Positions 1 through 10,460 of a stretch of DNA of 63,692 nt are shown piece after piece (within the stretch, counting starts at the first letter, position 1; each line of letters opens with the position of its first letter). The position numbers and the translations under genes were made by a program. Origin of the DNA: an uncultured archaeon. Lineage in GTDB: Archaea; Asgardarchaeota; Thorarchaeia; Thorarchaeales; Thorarchaeaceae. The notes under the pieces are model-generated. The model saw nothing but the letters and a program-made list of their open reading frames with translations, did not search any database and was not told the DNA's origin. The stretch covers positions 1 through 63,692 of the forward strand of contig CAYYQL010000014.1 in assembly GCA_964473825.1 (NCBI GenBank). Direction: 5' to 3'.

Positions 1-1
1 T

Positions 2-1429
2 ATACTCCAATCGAACAACGTCACCCTCGTGTCTTGGAATGTTCATCGAATGGATAGCCTGAGCATACTACAGTCCGGCAATATCACAATCGCCAACTCT
101 ACGCTGGACTGTGATGTGTACATTGATAGCGACGATGTCACCTTCGTAGGCAACATCTTCGAGTCTGCTGAAACCACTGAAATATTCTCCGGAAAGAGTG
201 AGTCCCTTGTGACCATGTATATCAATGCATTTCGAACCGAATACTCATTCGGTCGAGGAGGATGGCCATATGCTGCCTTCATGCTCAACGGCACTGATTA
301 TGGCAACTACTGGCACAATCACGAAGGCGTTGACTCTGATGGTGACGGGATTGGCGACGACCCATTCTTGGTTTCTGGTTCGGGTGCTTATGACTATCTG
401 CCCCTAGTAGTAGATCCGCATGGATACGGCGTGTCCATTGAGATTATTCTTCCTTCTGATGGAGATGCTGTTTCAGGAGTGACAACCTTCTCGATTGACG
501 TTCTCGTCACAACTGGATTCTACGTCGAAGGGGACATCACTGTAGGCACCACGATAACCCTCAACGAGACAGAGGTCTTCAGTGGGGGAGTTGGAGAGAT
601 AGAGTTCGAGTTCGACACATCCCAGTTGAGTGATGGCTTCTATGTACTGACAGTGGTCACTACTGTGAATGCTGTCGACGAGTTCACTCAAGAGATACAC
701 ATCACGATTGATAACACGCCTCCATTACTGGCCCCCTCAATCGAAGATGAAGAAGTCACTACCACCTCTGATCCGTATTGGAGCGTTGAGGCGTCAGACG
801 CGCTCTCTGACCTGACATGGATTGCCGTATTACTAGATGGGGTGTTGGTCGATAACGAAACACAATACAGCTCGTCTGGCGTTCTGTACTTCGACCTTGT
901 ACTCACTCAGGAGAGAAGCTACGAATTATGCTTGCAGTCGATGGACAAAGCTGGAAATCTGGGAGAAACCAATCTGACCATCTACTATGATGTTACGTCG
1001 CCCGAGCTATCATCACTTGGCGATGTCAACTATGAGTACGGAACTACCGGAAACACCATTACTTGGGTGGCGAGCGATCTCACTCCCAGTCATTACAACA
1101 TCACAATCGATGGTGTACCGTTCGAAGATGCTGAATGGGATGGCTCTGATATTGTCGTGAACATTGATGGCCTAGATGTTGGTGTGTACACGTTGGATAT
1201 CGTAGTTCATGATCGAGCCGGAATGCAAACGGCCGACACTGTAGAGATTGAGGTGACTGAGGCCACAACAACGACCACAACAACAACCACGACTACAACA
1301 ACGACGACTACAACCATAGTTGAGCCGCCGGAGACCGATCCCATGATACTCATTGCAGTAGTCGGGGCAGTTGGAGTAGTGGCTGTACTCGTGATAGTGG
1401 TTATCCTCAAGAAGCGCGGCGTCCTTTGA
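2..1429 (+). CDS. Surface protein, probably 5'-truncated by the window: NosD/CASH-like C-terminal motif, Ig-like domains, poly-Thr linker, C-terminal TM anchor
   Basis: Frame is open from base 2. GNYW..DSDGDGIGD..D.LPL motif, DNTPP and D.AGN Ig-like motifs, 17 Thr, hydrophobic helix followed by KKR. Confidence 0.8.
   Translation: MLQSNNVTLVSWNVHRMDSLSILQSGNITIANSTLDCDVYIDSDDVTFVGNIFESAETTEIFSGKSESLVTMYINAFRTEYSFGRGGWPYAAFMLNGTDYGNYWHNHEGVDSDGDGIGDDPFLVSGSGAYDYLPLVVDPHGYGVSIEIILPSDGDAVSGVTTFSIDVLVTTGFYVEGDITVGTTITLNETEVFSGGVGEIEFEFDTSQLSDGFYVLTVVTTVNAVDEFTQEIHITIDNTPPLLAPSIEDEEVTTTSDPYWSVEASDALSDLTWIAVLLDGVLVDNETQYSSSGVLYFDLVLTQERSYELCLQSMDKAGNLGETNLTIYYDVTSPELSSLGDVNYEYGTTGNTITWVASDLTPSHYNITIDGVPFEDAEWDGSDIVVNIDGLDVGVYTLDIVVHDRAGMQTADTVEIEVTEATTTTTTTTTTTTTTTTTIVEPPETDPMILIAVVGAVGVVAVLVIVVILKKRGVL
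1265..1315 (+). repeat. Poly-Thr (17 codons) low-complexity linker
   Basis: 17 consecutive ACN codons with mixed third positions, so a protein-level rather than slippage repeat. Confidence 0.9.
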
Positions 1430-1439
1430 GATATCGTGA

Positions 1440-1480
1440 CCGGACTGGGCTTTACAGCCGAGTCCGGCTCTTTTCGCTTG
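1440..1480 (+). terminator. Hairpin plus pyrimidine tract after first gene
   Basis: CCGGACT(1440-46)/AGTCCGG(1461-67) stem with inner GGC/GCC, followed by CTCTTTTCGCTT. Confidence 0.5.
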
Positions 1481-1553
1481 CTAGAGAATGATTGGCAACC
1501 CTTCTTGTACGAAACATGATGTGAGTTGTGCTCTTTCCCCACGAGTCCCATTC

Positions 1554-2189
1554 TTAAGATGCATCGACCCAGTTGTATCGAAGAGTGAGGTCAATGTCCA
1601 CATCCCATACGTCGGACTTGGATGATGCATCAAACCAGACCACCCAAGTGTAGGTTTCTGGGTAGTTATAGAGGTCAATGAAATCTAGAACATCGCCTGT
1701 ATGTGAGTCACTACCTACAAGGTGGTTGTTGTCGAGATCAGTCCAACTCAAGGTGTCGAAAGTCGTTTGATCTACATCGTAGACAGCAATCTGGACACTG
1801 ACCATAACACTGTCCGAACCTGTATTCACATCTATCTCGAACAGCAGATCCGGCTGTATAGTTGTTTGAGTGTCTGATGAGCTCACGCTGAATTGTGACC
1901 TGTAGAATGTAGGATATAGGTCTATGTCTTGATTGGTGTAGGATGCAATCTCACGAGTTTGATAGTCGTCAGATCCGCCTGGACTTGATAATAGAATAAA
2001 GCCTACTGCTCCAACAACTATCACAATGATAACTACGGCGATAATCTTCGTGGAACAGGGACCACCGCCTGATTCCTTTTTTGGTCTTTGTTGGTCGTCA
2101 CCCATCGGCATCGGTATCTCTGTCATTCGCGTCTTTCTCCTGTTAGGCACCGAGGGAGCTGTGAACCTCTTCTCCTTATTAGAGTTCAT
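1554..2189 (-). CDS. Hypothetical membrane-anchored protein (N-terminal TM, beta-rich extracellular domain); start uncertain
   Basis: 211-aa ORF with IIAVVIIVIVVGAVGFILL helix then an acidic beta-rich domain. Confidence 0.7.
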   Translation of the reverse strand: MNSNKEKRFTAPSVPNRRKTRMTEIPMPMGDDQQRPKKESGGGPCSTKIIAVVIIVIVVGAVGFILLSSPGGSDDYQTREIASYTNQDIDLYPTFYRSQFSVSSSDTQTTIQPDLLFEIDVNTGSDSVMVSVQIAVYDVDQTTFDTLSWTDLDNNHLVGSDSHTGDVLDFIDLYNYPETYTWVVWFDASSKSDVWDVDIDLTLRYNWVDAS

Positions 2190-2429
2190 GGGATTGTTCT
2201 AGAATGACACCGGAACGGCTCCCTGTATTAGTCGTTGCGTGTCTCTATCTTGTGCTGTGACAGAACTCGGACGCGTGGACCGTATAGTTTCTGCTGCGTG
2301 ACCGGGTTATTCGCCATTGGCGGGCCCTCTTCATGGTCAATTTCTGGTGCCCGAGGATGTTCTTAATTCATGTGAGAACTGTTGAGGCGTGATTGAATAC
2401 CCTTAACTCACTATCTTTCTATTGGTTGC

Positions 2430-4022
2430 ATGTGGCCGAAATTGAGCTCGATGTCGACGAGTATACAAGGAAATAGAACCATTCTAGTGGTTGTTGCTGT
2501 TGGCCTATTACTTCTCATCATCATCTCCCCAGTTCAGGTTGTGTCGCCCACAGATGATCCGCGGTTGCCATGGCCCCTTCCCGTTGTGAGTCAGGACGAA
2601 TTCGAGATTACTTGGACCTCCCGCGAAACACCTCAGTCACAGCCCATCGAGGATGGCATCTCGTTGGTTGGAGATGGAATCAGGATGAATGTAACATATC
2701 TGGGTGAAGTTCAGTCCATGAATGTCACGTTCACTTCGTCAATTGACTTTTGCAGCTACGATCAGCTTGTGAAACCCGATGAGGAGTATAGCGCATTCTC
2801 AGGATCCATTGACACTACCCAGTTCGCATGGGAACGCATTGATGGCATCAAGGAGGGAGATCTTGTCAATCTCAGATGCGCATTTTCAGGTGGAAATAAT
2901 GATGTCATGGCTTGGTGGGCTGACACCGAGAACTCTACGTGGACATACGAGAACAACATCCTTGGGAACTCCATGGTCACTGCGGCCAATCCTGAGACCA
3001 CCTCCTTTGAGCCTGACAGGTCTCGTACGTTGATGGTGGGTATCTACAACACTCAGAAGCAGGGAGGCATCTATACTCTAAATGTAAGCTCTACGACCAC
3101 TATCTTCGAAACCAATGACAACAGCATCTGGATTGACGCATCAGTGTGGGGAACAGAAACGACCACCAACATGTCTGTCGCCGCGCGCGACAACCTTGGC
3201 AGTCTGGTCAACGCTTCAAGGTATGATCTGCATGTTGAGAACTTCTTCAGGCCCGAGGTTTCCCATGTGGAGGTTTCGGGGAATGAAACGGCTAAGATGA
3301 TCAGTTGGAACTTAAGTGACCGGAACACACTCGAAAGCCACCTTGCAGAGGTATACTTGTCGGCGGATCTTGGGCAGACATACCAGTTGCTAGCCTCTAG
3401 AATAGCCGAAGACCGATTCTTCATGGACTTCTCAGGTTTTACCTATCGAGAGAACTACAGGATACGAATCCGTGTCACTGACAGTCGAGGACTGAGGGAT
3501 ATGGGAGAGTCTGAGCCCTTTTCGGCAGGCGACTTGTCATTGTCGGTTGAATGGAATCTAACATGGAATGGTTTTTCAGATAACTTCAGTGTCGGGACAC
3601 CTTTCACAATCAACTGGACTCTCGACTACTACGTTCCTACCAGCACATTCATCGCCTATTTCGAGATCTATGTGAATGGAAGCTTCGAAGCAGGATGGTC
3701 CGATGGTTATGATGGTGGCAATGGTCAGATCCCAATCTCCTATCGGTTTGAGGGAATTCCCTCGGGACGCCATAATATCACGCTCTGGACTGCACTCATG
3801 TATCCTTATGTTGAAACGTATAGCTCTACTATTGTTAGCGTGATTGACGACCCACCAACAAGCAATGGAACTCCTACTACGACAACAACGGATCGAGGAA
3901 CTCCGGGAACGACAACCCCTTGGGCGATCTCTCCGCTTTCACTTGCTGTCACAGCTTTGGGCGTGGGAATCATGGTCCTCTTCGGGATTCCGTTGTATCG
4001 TGAGAGAACGCGATCAAGATGA
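2430..4022 (+). CDS. Surface protein with signal peptide, beta-sandwich domains, Thr-rich linker and C-terminal TM
   Basis: 530-aa ORF; N-terminal hydrophobic stretch, many N-x-S/T sequons, PTTTTT linker, TM then RERTRSR. Confidence 0.8.
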   Translation: MWPKLSSMSTSIQGNRTILVVVAVGLLLLIIISPVQVVSPTDDPRLPWPLPVVSQDEFEITWTSRETPQSQPIEDGISLVGDGIRMNVTYLGEVQSMNVTFTSSIDFCSYDQLVKPDEEYSAFSGSIDTTQFAWERIDGIKEGDLVNLRCAFSGGNNDVMAWWADTENSTWTYENNILGNSMVTAANPETTSFEPDRSRTLMVGIYNTQKQGGIYTLNVSSTTTIFETNDNSIWIDASVWGTETTTNMSVAARDNLGSLVNASRYDLHVENFFRPEVSHVEVSGNETAKMISWNLSDRNTLESHLAEVYLSADLGQTYQLLASRIAEDRFFMDFSGFTYRENYRIRIRVTDSRGLRDMGESEPFSAGDLSLSVEWNLTWNGFSDNFSVGTPFTINWTLDYYVPTSTFIAYFEIYVNGSFEAGWSDGYDGGNGQIPISYRFEGIPSGRHNITLWTALMYPYVETYSSTIVSVIDDPPTSNGTPTTTTTDRGTPGTTTPWAISPLSLAVTALGVGIMVLFGIPLYRERTRSR

Positions 4023-4072
4023 GCCACTCCTCACATTTGGGTCAGCGCACATCCCTGAGAATGCCAAGTCCT

Positions 4073-4165
4073 CTACCTGAGAACTATCCATCTATTGAGA
4101 TACGCTTCTGCGGCTGCTTTGGTTGACTGCTTTCTCTGAGCTGCGTCTGTGTTACCTTTATCCAC
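4073..4165 (-). CDS. Possible 30-aa microprotein (MDKGNTDAAQRKQSTKAAAEAYLNRWIVLR)
   Basis: GTG start with GAGGGA upstream in an otherwise empty intergenic gap; no homology evidence. Confidence 0.2.
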   Translation of the reverse strand: MDKGNTDAAQRKQSTKAAAEAYLNRWIVLR

Positions 4166-4375
4166 AGTCTTCACTTCCCTCTGGATTTGTAGTCTACTCC
4201 AAGTGATACAACGGTGTCTTTCGCAGCACCACTTGTGATATTCGTCTTAGCTTCGGGTACATGTTTCCACATCTTCTAGCACCAAGAAGTACTATGGATG
4301 GTCACTCCTATTGGCGTTGATGAGAAGTTCTGACCAGAAAACTGACCAGTGCGTGACCAGAAACAGTCAGCTCTA

Positions 4376-4418
4376 CAAAAGAAAGCGAAAGAACTCCGGA
4401 GAAAACACCGGAGGTTCT
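4376..4418 (-). terminator. Hairpin plus U-tract terminator of ppdK
   Basis: Minus strand AGAACCTCCGG-TGTTTTCT-CCGGAGTTCT followed by TTCGCTTTCTTTTT, about 10 nt after the ppdK stop. Confidence 0.65.
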
Positions 4419-4427
4419 ATTACTTGG

Positions 4428-7145
4428 CTATTCACTCTGCCTTGCTTCGATGGCCGCCTGAGCAGCTGCAAGTCGTGCGATTGGCAGTCTGAATGGGGAA
4501 CAAGATACATAGTCCAGTCCAATCTCATAGAAGAATTTCACAGACCGTGGGTCTCCTCCATGCTCACCGCAGACCCCCAGCTCGATGTCAGGACGGGTTT
4601 CTTTTCCTCTTCTGATAGCCTCTCTGATGAGATTCCCGATACCCCTCTTGTCGATGCTCTGGAATGGATCGTTTCGAAGGATATGTCTATCAAGATACTC
4701 GGGGAGGAACGAGTCGATATCATCACGGCTGAAACCGAAGCCCATCTGCGTCAGGTCATTTGTCCCAAAGGAAAAGAACTCGGCTGTTTCTGCCATATCA
4801 TTAGCTCTCATGCAGGCGCGGGGTAATTCGATCATCGTGCCGAGCATGAAGTCAATCTTCTCACCAGTATCCTCTTCGACCTCTTTGTGCACTTTGTCCA
4901 CAACCATCTTCATGGTCTTGAGCTCGGCAGAGCCAATAGTGACTGGTATCATGATCTCGAGGTGAACCTTCTTTCCGTCCTTCTGAAGCTCGGTGGCGGC
5001 CTCAAGAATGGCTCTCACCTGCATCTCATAGATCTCGGGATAGGTTATCGCCAGTCGGGCACCTCGGTGACCCATCATTGGATTGCTCTCACGTAGTACT
5101 TCTCCTCGTCTCCTTACCTCTTCAAGGGTGATGTTGAGAGCATGGGCCAGTCTATCTTGGCCAATCTTGCTTTGAGGGACGAATTCATGAAGTGGTGGGT
5201 CGAGTAGTCTGATCGTTACCGGTTTGCCCTCCATCACGGCCAGTGTGGATTTTATGTCTGCCTTTACATAGGGTTCGAGGTCTTCCAGTGCAGAGAGCCT
5301 CTCTGTCCTTGTCTGACTCATAATCATCTTTCTTAGAAGGAATAGGGGTTCGTCGGATCCCTCGCCATAGAACATATGTTCAGTTCTCAAGAGGCCGATT
5401 CCCTCAGCTCCAAAGTCCAGAGCTGCCTGAGCGTCCTCAGGGTTATCTGCGTTGGCTCTGACACCCATTTCACGATACTTATCGACAACCTGCATGAAAC
5501 GCTGAAGCCTAGGATTCCTGGTTGAGTCCATCATCGGTATCTCTTCATCATAGACGAGACCTTGGGTGCCATTGAGTGTGAATACATCTCCCTCGTTGTA
5601 TGTCTTGCCATTAACGGTGACCTTCTTCTGGAATGGGTCGATGCGTAGCGCACCTGCACCAACGATACAACACTTGCCCCAACCTCGCGTGACCAAGGCT
5701 GCGTGGCTGGTCATACCACCGCGGGCAGTGAGCAGGCCATCTGCAGCGCGCATTCCCTCTATGTCCTCGGGTGAGGTCTCTTCTCGGATAAGAATGACCT
5801 TCTTCCCATCTTCTGCCCATTCAACTGCATCTTCAGACGTGAACACGATGTGTCCCACCGCTCCACCTGGTCCTGCCGGTAGGCCCTCTGCAATGGGCTG
5901 GACCTTTGCCTCTTCATCGGGGTCTAGAATCGGATAGAGCAGCTGCCCAAGCTGATCGGGCTTCAGACGAAGCACCATTGTGGGTTCATCGATGAGGCCC
6001 TCTTTGAGCATGTCCATTGCAATGTTGAGCGCCGCTGTAGCAGTTCGTTTCCCTACACGATGCTGGACTAAGAAGAGATCACCTTCCTGAATTGTGAACT
6101 CTAGATCCAGCATATCCTTGGAGTGCTCCTCCAATGTGTTTCGAATCTCACACAATTCCTTGTAGATTTCTGGCATCTTCTCTTCGAGGGTTGGAAGATG
6201 CTTGTTCTGCTCATTCTTCGAAGCCTCATTCATGGGGTTGGGTGTTCTGATACCAGCAACCACATCCTCTCCTTGCGCGTTGAAGAGGCACTCTCCGTAG
6301 TATATGTTCTCGCCTGTTGCCGGATTTCTCGTGAAGGCGACACCTGTTGCCGAGTTCTCTCCCATGTTACCGAACACCATTGTCTGGACTGTGCAGCCAG
6401 TTCCCCACTCATCTGGAATGTTCTCTATGCGACGATAAGATACCGCACGGGCTCCATTCCAGCTCTTGAAGACTGCGGTAATTGCACCCCAGAGTTGTTC
6501 ATGAGGATCGTCAGGGAACTCTTCTCCAAGGACATCCTTGATACGTTGCTTGAACTCCACGACTAGTTCTTTCAGCATGTCAGTAGTGAGCTCGGTATCT
6601 AGCGTGATTCCCGCCTCTTCCTTCTTCTTGTTCATGAGCCATTCGAGCTGGTTTCTAATACCCTCTCCTTCATCTGGGCGTATTCCTTCTGCCTTTTCCA
6701 TCACTACGTCTGCGTACATCATTATGAGGCGTCTGTATGTATCATAGGCAAACTTCTCATTGTTGGTTCGTTCTATGAGGCCCTTGATGGTTTCTGATGT
6801 GAGCCCAATATTCAAGACCGTGTCCATCATTCCTGGCATCGATACTCTGGCCCCGGACCGACAGGATACGAGCAGAGGGTTCTTTTCATCGCCGAACTTC
6901 TCGCCCATGATATCTTCGACCCACGTGAGTGCGTTTTCTACCTGCTTCTGAACATCTTTGGGAATCTTACCTGTCTTCATATAGTCCACACAGACGTTCG
7001 TTGAAATCGTGAATCCCGGTGGTACGGGAAGGCCCAGAAGCGTTGCACTAGCAAGAGACGCTCCTTTTCCTCCCAGTGTATTCTTCATGGTGCCATCGCC
7101 ATCAGCGGTGCCATCGCCAAATCTGTAAACTTCTCTATCACTCAT
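4428..7145 (-). CDS. ppdK: Pyruvate, phosphate dikinase
   Basis: LGGKGA, RSGARVSMPGMMDTVLN, GGMTSHAA (phospho-His), FSFGTNDLTQ, GVCGEHGGDP motifs; 905 aa. Confidence 0.97.
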   Translation of the reverse strand: MSDREVYRFGDGTADGDGTMKNTLGGKGASLASATLLGLPVPPGFTISTNVCVDYMKTGKIPKDVQKQVENALTWVEDIMGEKFGDEKNPLLVSCRSGARVSMPGMMDTVLNIGLTSETIKGLIERTNNEKFAYDTYRRLIMMYADVVMEKAEGIRPDEGEGIRNQLEWLMNKKKEEAGITLDTELTTDMLKELVVEFKQRIKDVLGEEFPDDPHEQLWGAITAVFKSWNGARAVSYRRIENIPDEWGTGCTVQTMVFGNMGENSATGVAFTRNPATGENIYYGECLFNAQGEDVVAGIRTPNPMNEASKNEQNKHLPTLEEKMPEIYKELCEIRNTLEEHSKDMLDLEFTIQEGDLFLVQHRVGKRTATAALNIAMDMLKEGLIDEPTMVLRLKPDQLGQLLYPILDPDEEAKVQPIAEGLPAGPGGAVGHIVFTSEDAVEWAEDGKKVILIREETSPEDIEGMRAADGLLTARGGMTSHAALVTRGWGKCCIVGAGALRIDPFQKKVTVNGKTYNEGDVFTLNGTQGLVYDEEIPMMDSTRNPRLQRFMQVVDKYREMGVRANADNPEDAQAALDFGAEGIGLLRTEHMFYGEGSDEPLFLLRKMIMSQTRTERLSALEDLEPYVKADIKSTLAVMEGKPVTIRLLDPPLHEFVPQSKIGQDRLAHALNITLEEVRRRGEVLRESNPMMGHRGARLAITYPEIYEMQVRAILEAATELQKDGKKVHLEIMIPVTIGSAELKTMKMVVDKVHKEVEEDTGEKIDFMLGTMIELPRACMRANDMAETAEFFSFGTNDLTQMGFGFSRDDIDSFLPEYLDRHILRNDPFQSIDKRGIGNLIREAIRRGKETRPDIELGVCGEHGGDPRSVKFFYEIGLDYVSCSPFRLPIARLAAAQAAIEARQSE

Positions 7146-7434
7146 CTAATCACAGCCTATTAGTGGCCAGATACATTCTGCTTTGCGGGTGTCCGTTCAT
7201 ACATGACATACCCTAGTCTAGGAGCTGCGCTCTGTTGCTGTTGGAGTATTATCTCTCAACCTATTCTGATGCAGTTCTCCTCGAATGGGATTATATATCC
7301 AGCTAAAGGGGAACACTCTACTCAAAAGGGTGGCGATTTGTTTCCTCTGGCTCACACCCAATGTCGGGGCCTCGATAGAATCCTTTTTCTTGCTGACACG
7401 TTCTTCATTGCTATTAGCCCTGAGAGGTTCGATT

Positions 7435-8901
7435 ATGATAGACTTGACAGTTCACCCTGAGCAGCTTGAGAGGACCGTTGAAAGATGTCGAGAGCGAAAC
7501 ATCGTGGTTCCAACATTTGAGCAGATGAAGCATCCGGAGAATACCCCTGATAGGATTAGGGACGAACTCAAAGAGATTGGACTATGGGATATTGTTCCTG
7601 AGAACCTCTTCAGAATCACTTGGAAGAACGAGCCTGTCGAGAGAGGCGGTCTCTTTCGCGATATTGCAAACTACATGGAGATTCCATCTGAGCTTACCGG
7701 AGTTGAGGCGCGGATCATTGCACTGGTTGGCAAGTGGTTTCCTACAGGTGCTCATAAGGTAGGTGCCACCTTCGGCTGTTTGGTACCACCTCTTGTAACG
7801 GGACAGTTCGATCCCACCACACACAAGGCGGTCTGGCCGTCAACGGGCAATTACTGTCGAGGCGGTGCGTATGATGCCACGCTCTTGGGCTGTGATAGCA
7901 TAGCAATCCTCCCGGAGGAGATGTCTCAGGAACGATTTGACTGGCTGCAGAAGGTGGCTGGGGAGATTATTGCCACACCGGGTTCAGAGAGTAATGTCAA
8001 GGAGATCTATGACAAGGTCTGGGAGCTCCGTCGTACCCGAGAAGACATTTTTGTGTTCAATCAGTTCAGCGAGTTCGGCAACTACCTCTGGCACTATGAC
8101 GTGACCGGCCACGCAATGGAGAAGGTGCTTGACAGGGAGCTCGGGAATGATAGATATCATGGTCTCTGTCTGACGACGGGGTCGGCGGGAACTCTGGGCT
8201 GTGGTGACTACATGAAGCAGGCCTTTCCTAAATCCAAGGTTGTGGCTGGCGAGGCCTTACAATGTCCGACCCTGCTTCTTAATGGCTACGGCGCCCATCG
8301 CATCGAGGGAATAGGGGATAAGCATGTGCCCTGGATTCACAACGTACGAAACACAGACATGGTCATAGCCATCGACGATAACGATACCATGAGTCTCATT
8401 CGTCTGTTCAACGAGCCTGCTGGACGAGAGTATTTGGTTGACGTGGTTGGTCTCAGGGAGGAGTTTGTGAGTCAGCTGGACCTCCTAGGTATCTCCAGTG
8501 TGGCGAACCTCTTGATGTCCATCAAGTACGCCAAGTACTACGAGCTCACTGATAGCGATGTGGTCCTGACGGTATTTACCGACTCCATGGAACTCTACCA
8601 GTCGCGACTCAAGCAGGGCAGGGAACGGTACGGTGAGTATACTCGCGAGGACGCTATCCGTGATTATCATCGGCATCTGCAGGCCTTGAAGACCGACGCC
8701 ACGCAAGAGCTCACGTTCTACGAGCGGAAGCGGATACATCACCTGAAATATTTCACGTGGATAGAGCAGCAGATGTTTCCTCTGGATGAACTCAACCGTC
8801 AGTGGTATGAGTACGATGAGTACTGGCCTGCCATTCAGAACTCTGTGTCGAAAATCGATGAAAGGATTGAGGAGTTCAATGAGAGAGTGGGACTGGTTTG
8901 A
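7435..8901 (+). CDS. PLP-dependent fold-type II enzyme (cysteine/threonine synthase-like)
   Basis: FPTGAHKVGA (PLP Lys), STGNY, TTGSAGT, IEGIG motifs; start placed at ATG 7435. Confidence 0.85.
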   Translation: MIDLTVHPEQLERTVERCRERNIVVPTFEQMKHPENTPDRIRDELKEIGLWDIVPENLFRITWKNEPVERGGLFRDIANYMEIPSELTGVEARIIALVGKWFPTGAHKVGATFGCLVPPLVTGQFDPTTHKAVWPSTGNYCRGGAYDATLLGCDSIAILPEEMSQERFDWLQKVAGEIIATPGSESNVKEIYDKVWELRRTREDIFVFNQFSEFGNYLWHYDVTGHAMEKVLDRELGNDRYHGLCLTTGSAGTLGCGDYMKQAFPKSKVVAGEALQCPTLLLNGYGAHRIEGIGDKHVPWIHNVRNTDMVIAIDDNDTMSLIRLFNEPAGREYLVDVVGLREEFVSQLDLLGISSVANLLMSIKYAKYYELTDSDVVLTVFTDSMELYQSRLKQGRERYGEYTREDAIRDYHRHLQALKTDATQELTFYERKRIHHLKYFTWIEQQMFPLDELNRQWYEYDEYWPAIQNSVSKIDERIEEFNERVGLV

Positions 8902-9011
8902 TGCCTGTCACTGATTGCTAGAAGCCCCCTCAGGGAGAGGGTTTCAATGCTGATTTCCTGCTGATGCGGGACGCGGCACGGCTGCCCAAATACCTGCCCT
9001 TATCCTTAGGA

Positions 9012-10460
9012 CTAAGCTGAGTTGGCTCTCGACCGCGCATCTCTTCTCTGATAGTACTTCCATGCACGCGAGAGCGCATGGATGGCCTCGCCCATACTAC
9101 GGAACACGGGCAAGTTGTGCTTGACGAAGATCTCCCAAGCCAAAGTCCGTGACTCTTGGTATGCAAAGTCTGGTATTGCCACCAAGACTGGTTTCTTCTC
9201 GTTCGTCATGACATCAGAACCGGACTGGGCCATGGCTTCCCAAAACCCATCAACCACTTCTAGAGCACCCATTATAGTTGCAACTTGATGGATGTTGTGA
9301 ACATCTGCCTCGATGATGAGTGAGTCGAATCGAGGCTCGCTCCCTGCCATCTTGATAACCTCTGATATCGTTTGGTCCTGATAGTAGTCTGCAGCCATGT
9401 CAATCGGATTAGTCAGTCCCGTTCCTACATCTTTGATTAGCGGGTCAAGCTTGCGAATAGTTTCCTCCGAAGTTGGAGGAACTTGGAGACCCGCTTCTAC
9501 ACAGAGATCTGTATATATCACACTGGTCCCGCCACTGATGGTCACTAATCCCACTCGTGGGCTTTCTGGTCTAGGGCATTGCCCGAAGACCGCCAGTGTT
9601 GCGACTAGGTCTTCTATGGTTTCGACTGTTGGTATGTTTGCCTGGTTGAAGGCAGCCGTCCAGAGCTGATTGTTGCCGGCGAGTGCTCCTGTGTGCGATG
9701 ATGCCGCCCTTGAACCCTCAACTGACCTGCCTCCCTTAAGGGCAACAACGGGTTTCTTGGACGCTAACTCGCGGAGTGATTTCAAGAGATCCCTGCCCTC
9801 CTGTGAGCCTTCTAGATACATCCCGACCACACTTGTTTCTTCATCTTCAATGAAATAATCTACTATTTCCTTGGGCTTGATGTCCATCTGATTCCCGAAG
9901 CTGAAAAGCTTGCTAAATCCGATTCCTCCCTCCGCTCCCACCGTGTACGTTGCTATGGCAATACCGCCTGATTGGGAGAGAAATCCTATGTCACCGATTG
10001 AGCGCTTCACGGTGGGCATGAACGCAAATCCGAGCCTGGGGTAGCAGAGCCCCATGCAGTTAGGTCCTAGGACTCTGATCGGTAGCGAGTCGACTAGCTG
10101 TGAGAGTTCTTCCTCTCGTTGTCTTCCCTCTTCGGTTCCTAGTTCTGAATATCCACTGGTGAAGACAGTGAATCCCTTGGCGCCCTTCTCGGTACAGTCA
10201 CGTATTACTTCCGGAACGTGGGGGTAGGGAACGCGCACAATAGCGTAGTCAATTTTCTCAGGAATGTCCTGAACGCTCGGGTATATCCTGTGACCCAACG
10301 CTTCTCCACTCCTCTTGGAAACAAGCCAGATTCTTAAGTCGTGATCCCACTGAAGCATCGAGTGTGCCCAGTAGTAACCCATCTTCATAGAAGCCCCAAT
10401 AATGGCCACTGACTCAATATCAAGCATCTCTCGGATTGACGGTTTCTTCACAGGACTCAT
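9012..10460 (-). CDS. ADP-forming acyl-CoA synthetase alpha-type subunit (CoA-binding)
   Basis: SVAIIGAS, LGPNCMG, SQSGG, SHTGALAG (phospho-His), NPIDM. Confidence 0.9.
   Translation of the reverse strand: MSPVKKPSIREMLDIESVAIIGASMKMGYYWAHSMLQWDHDLRIWLVSKRSGEALGHRIYPSVQDIPEKIDYAIVRVPYPHVPEVIRDCTEKGAKGFTVFTSGYSELGTEEGRQREEELSQLVDSLPIRVLGPNCMGLCYPRLGFAFMPTVKRSIGDIGFLSQSGGIAIATYTVGAEGGIGFSKLFSFGNQMDIKPKEIVDYFIEDEETSVVGMYLEGSQEGRDLLKSLRELASKKPVVALKGGRSVEGSRAASSHTGALAGNNQLWTAAFNQANIPTVETIEDLVATLAVFGQCPRPESPRVGLVTISGGTSVIYTDLCVEAGLQVPPTSEETIRKLDPLIKDVGTGLTNPIDMAADYYQDQTISEVIKMAGSEPRFDSLIIEADVHNIHQVATIMGALEVVDGFWEAMAQSGSDVMTNEKKPVLVAIPDFAYQESRTLAWEIFVKHNLPVFRSMGEAIHALSRAWKYYQRRDARSRANSA

Noticed and set aside
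4158-4166. Perfect DnaA box TTATCCACA
   Set aside because: A single 9-mer is expected by chance in 64 kb and the context is archaeal
4295-4305. 11-mer TGGATGGTCAC shared with 55849-55859
   Set aside because: Hundreds of 11-mer repeats are expected by chance in a window this size
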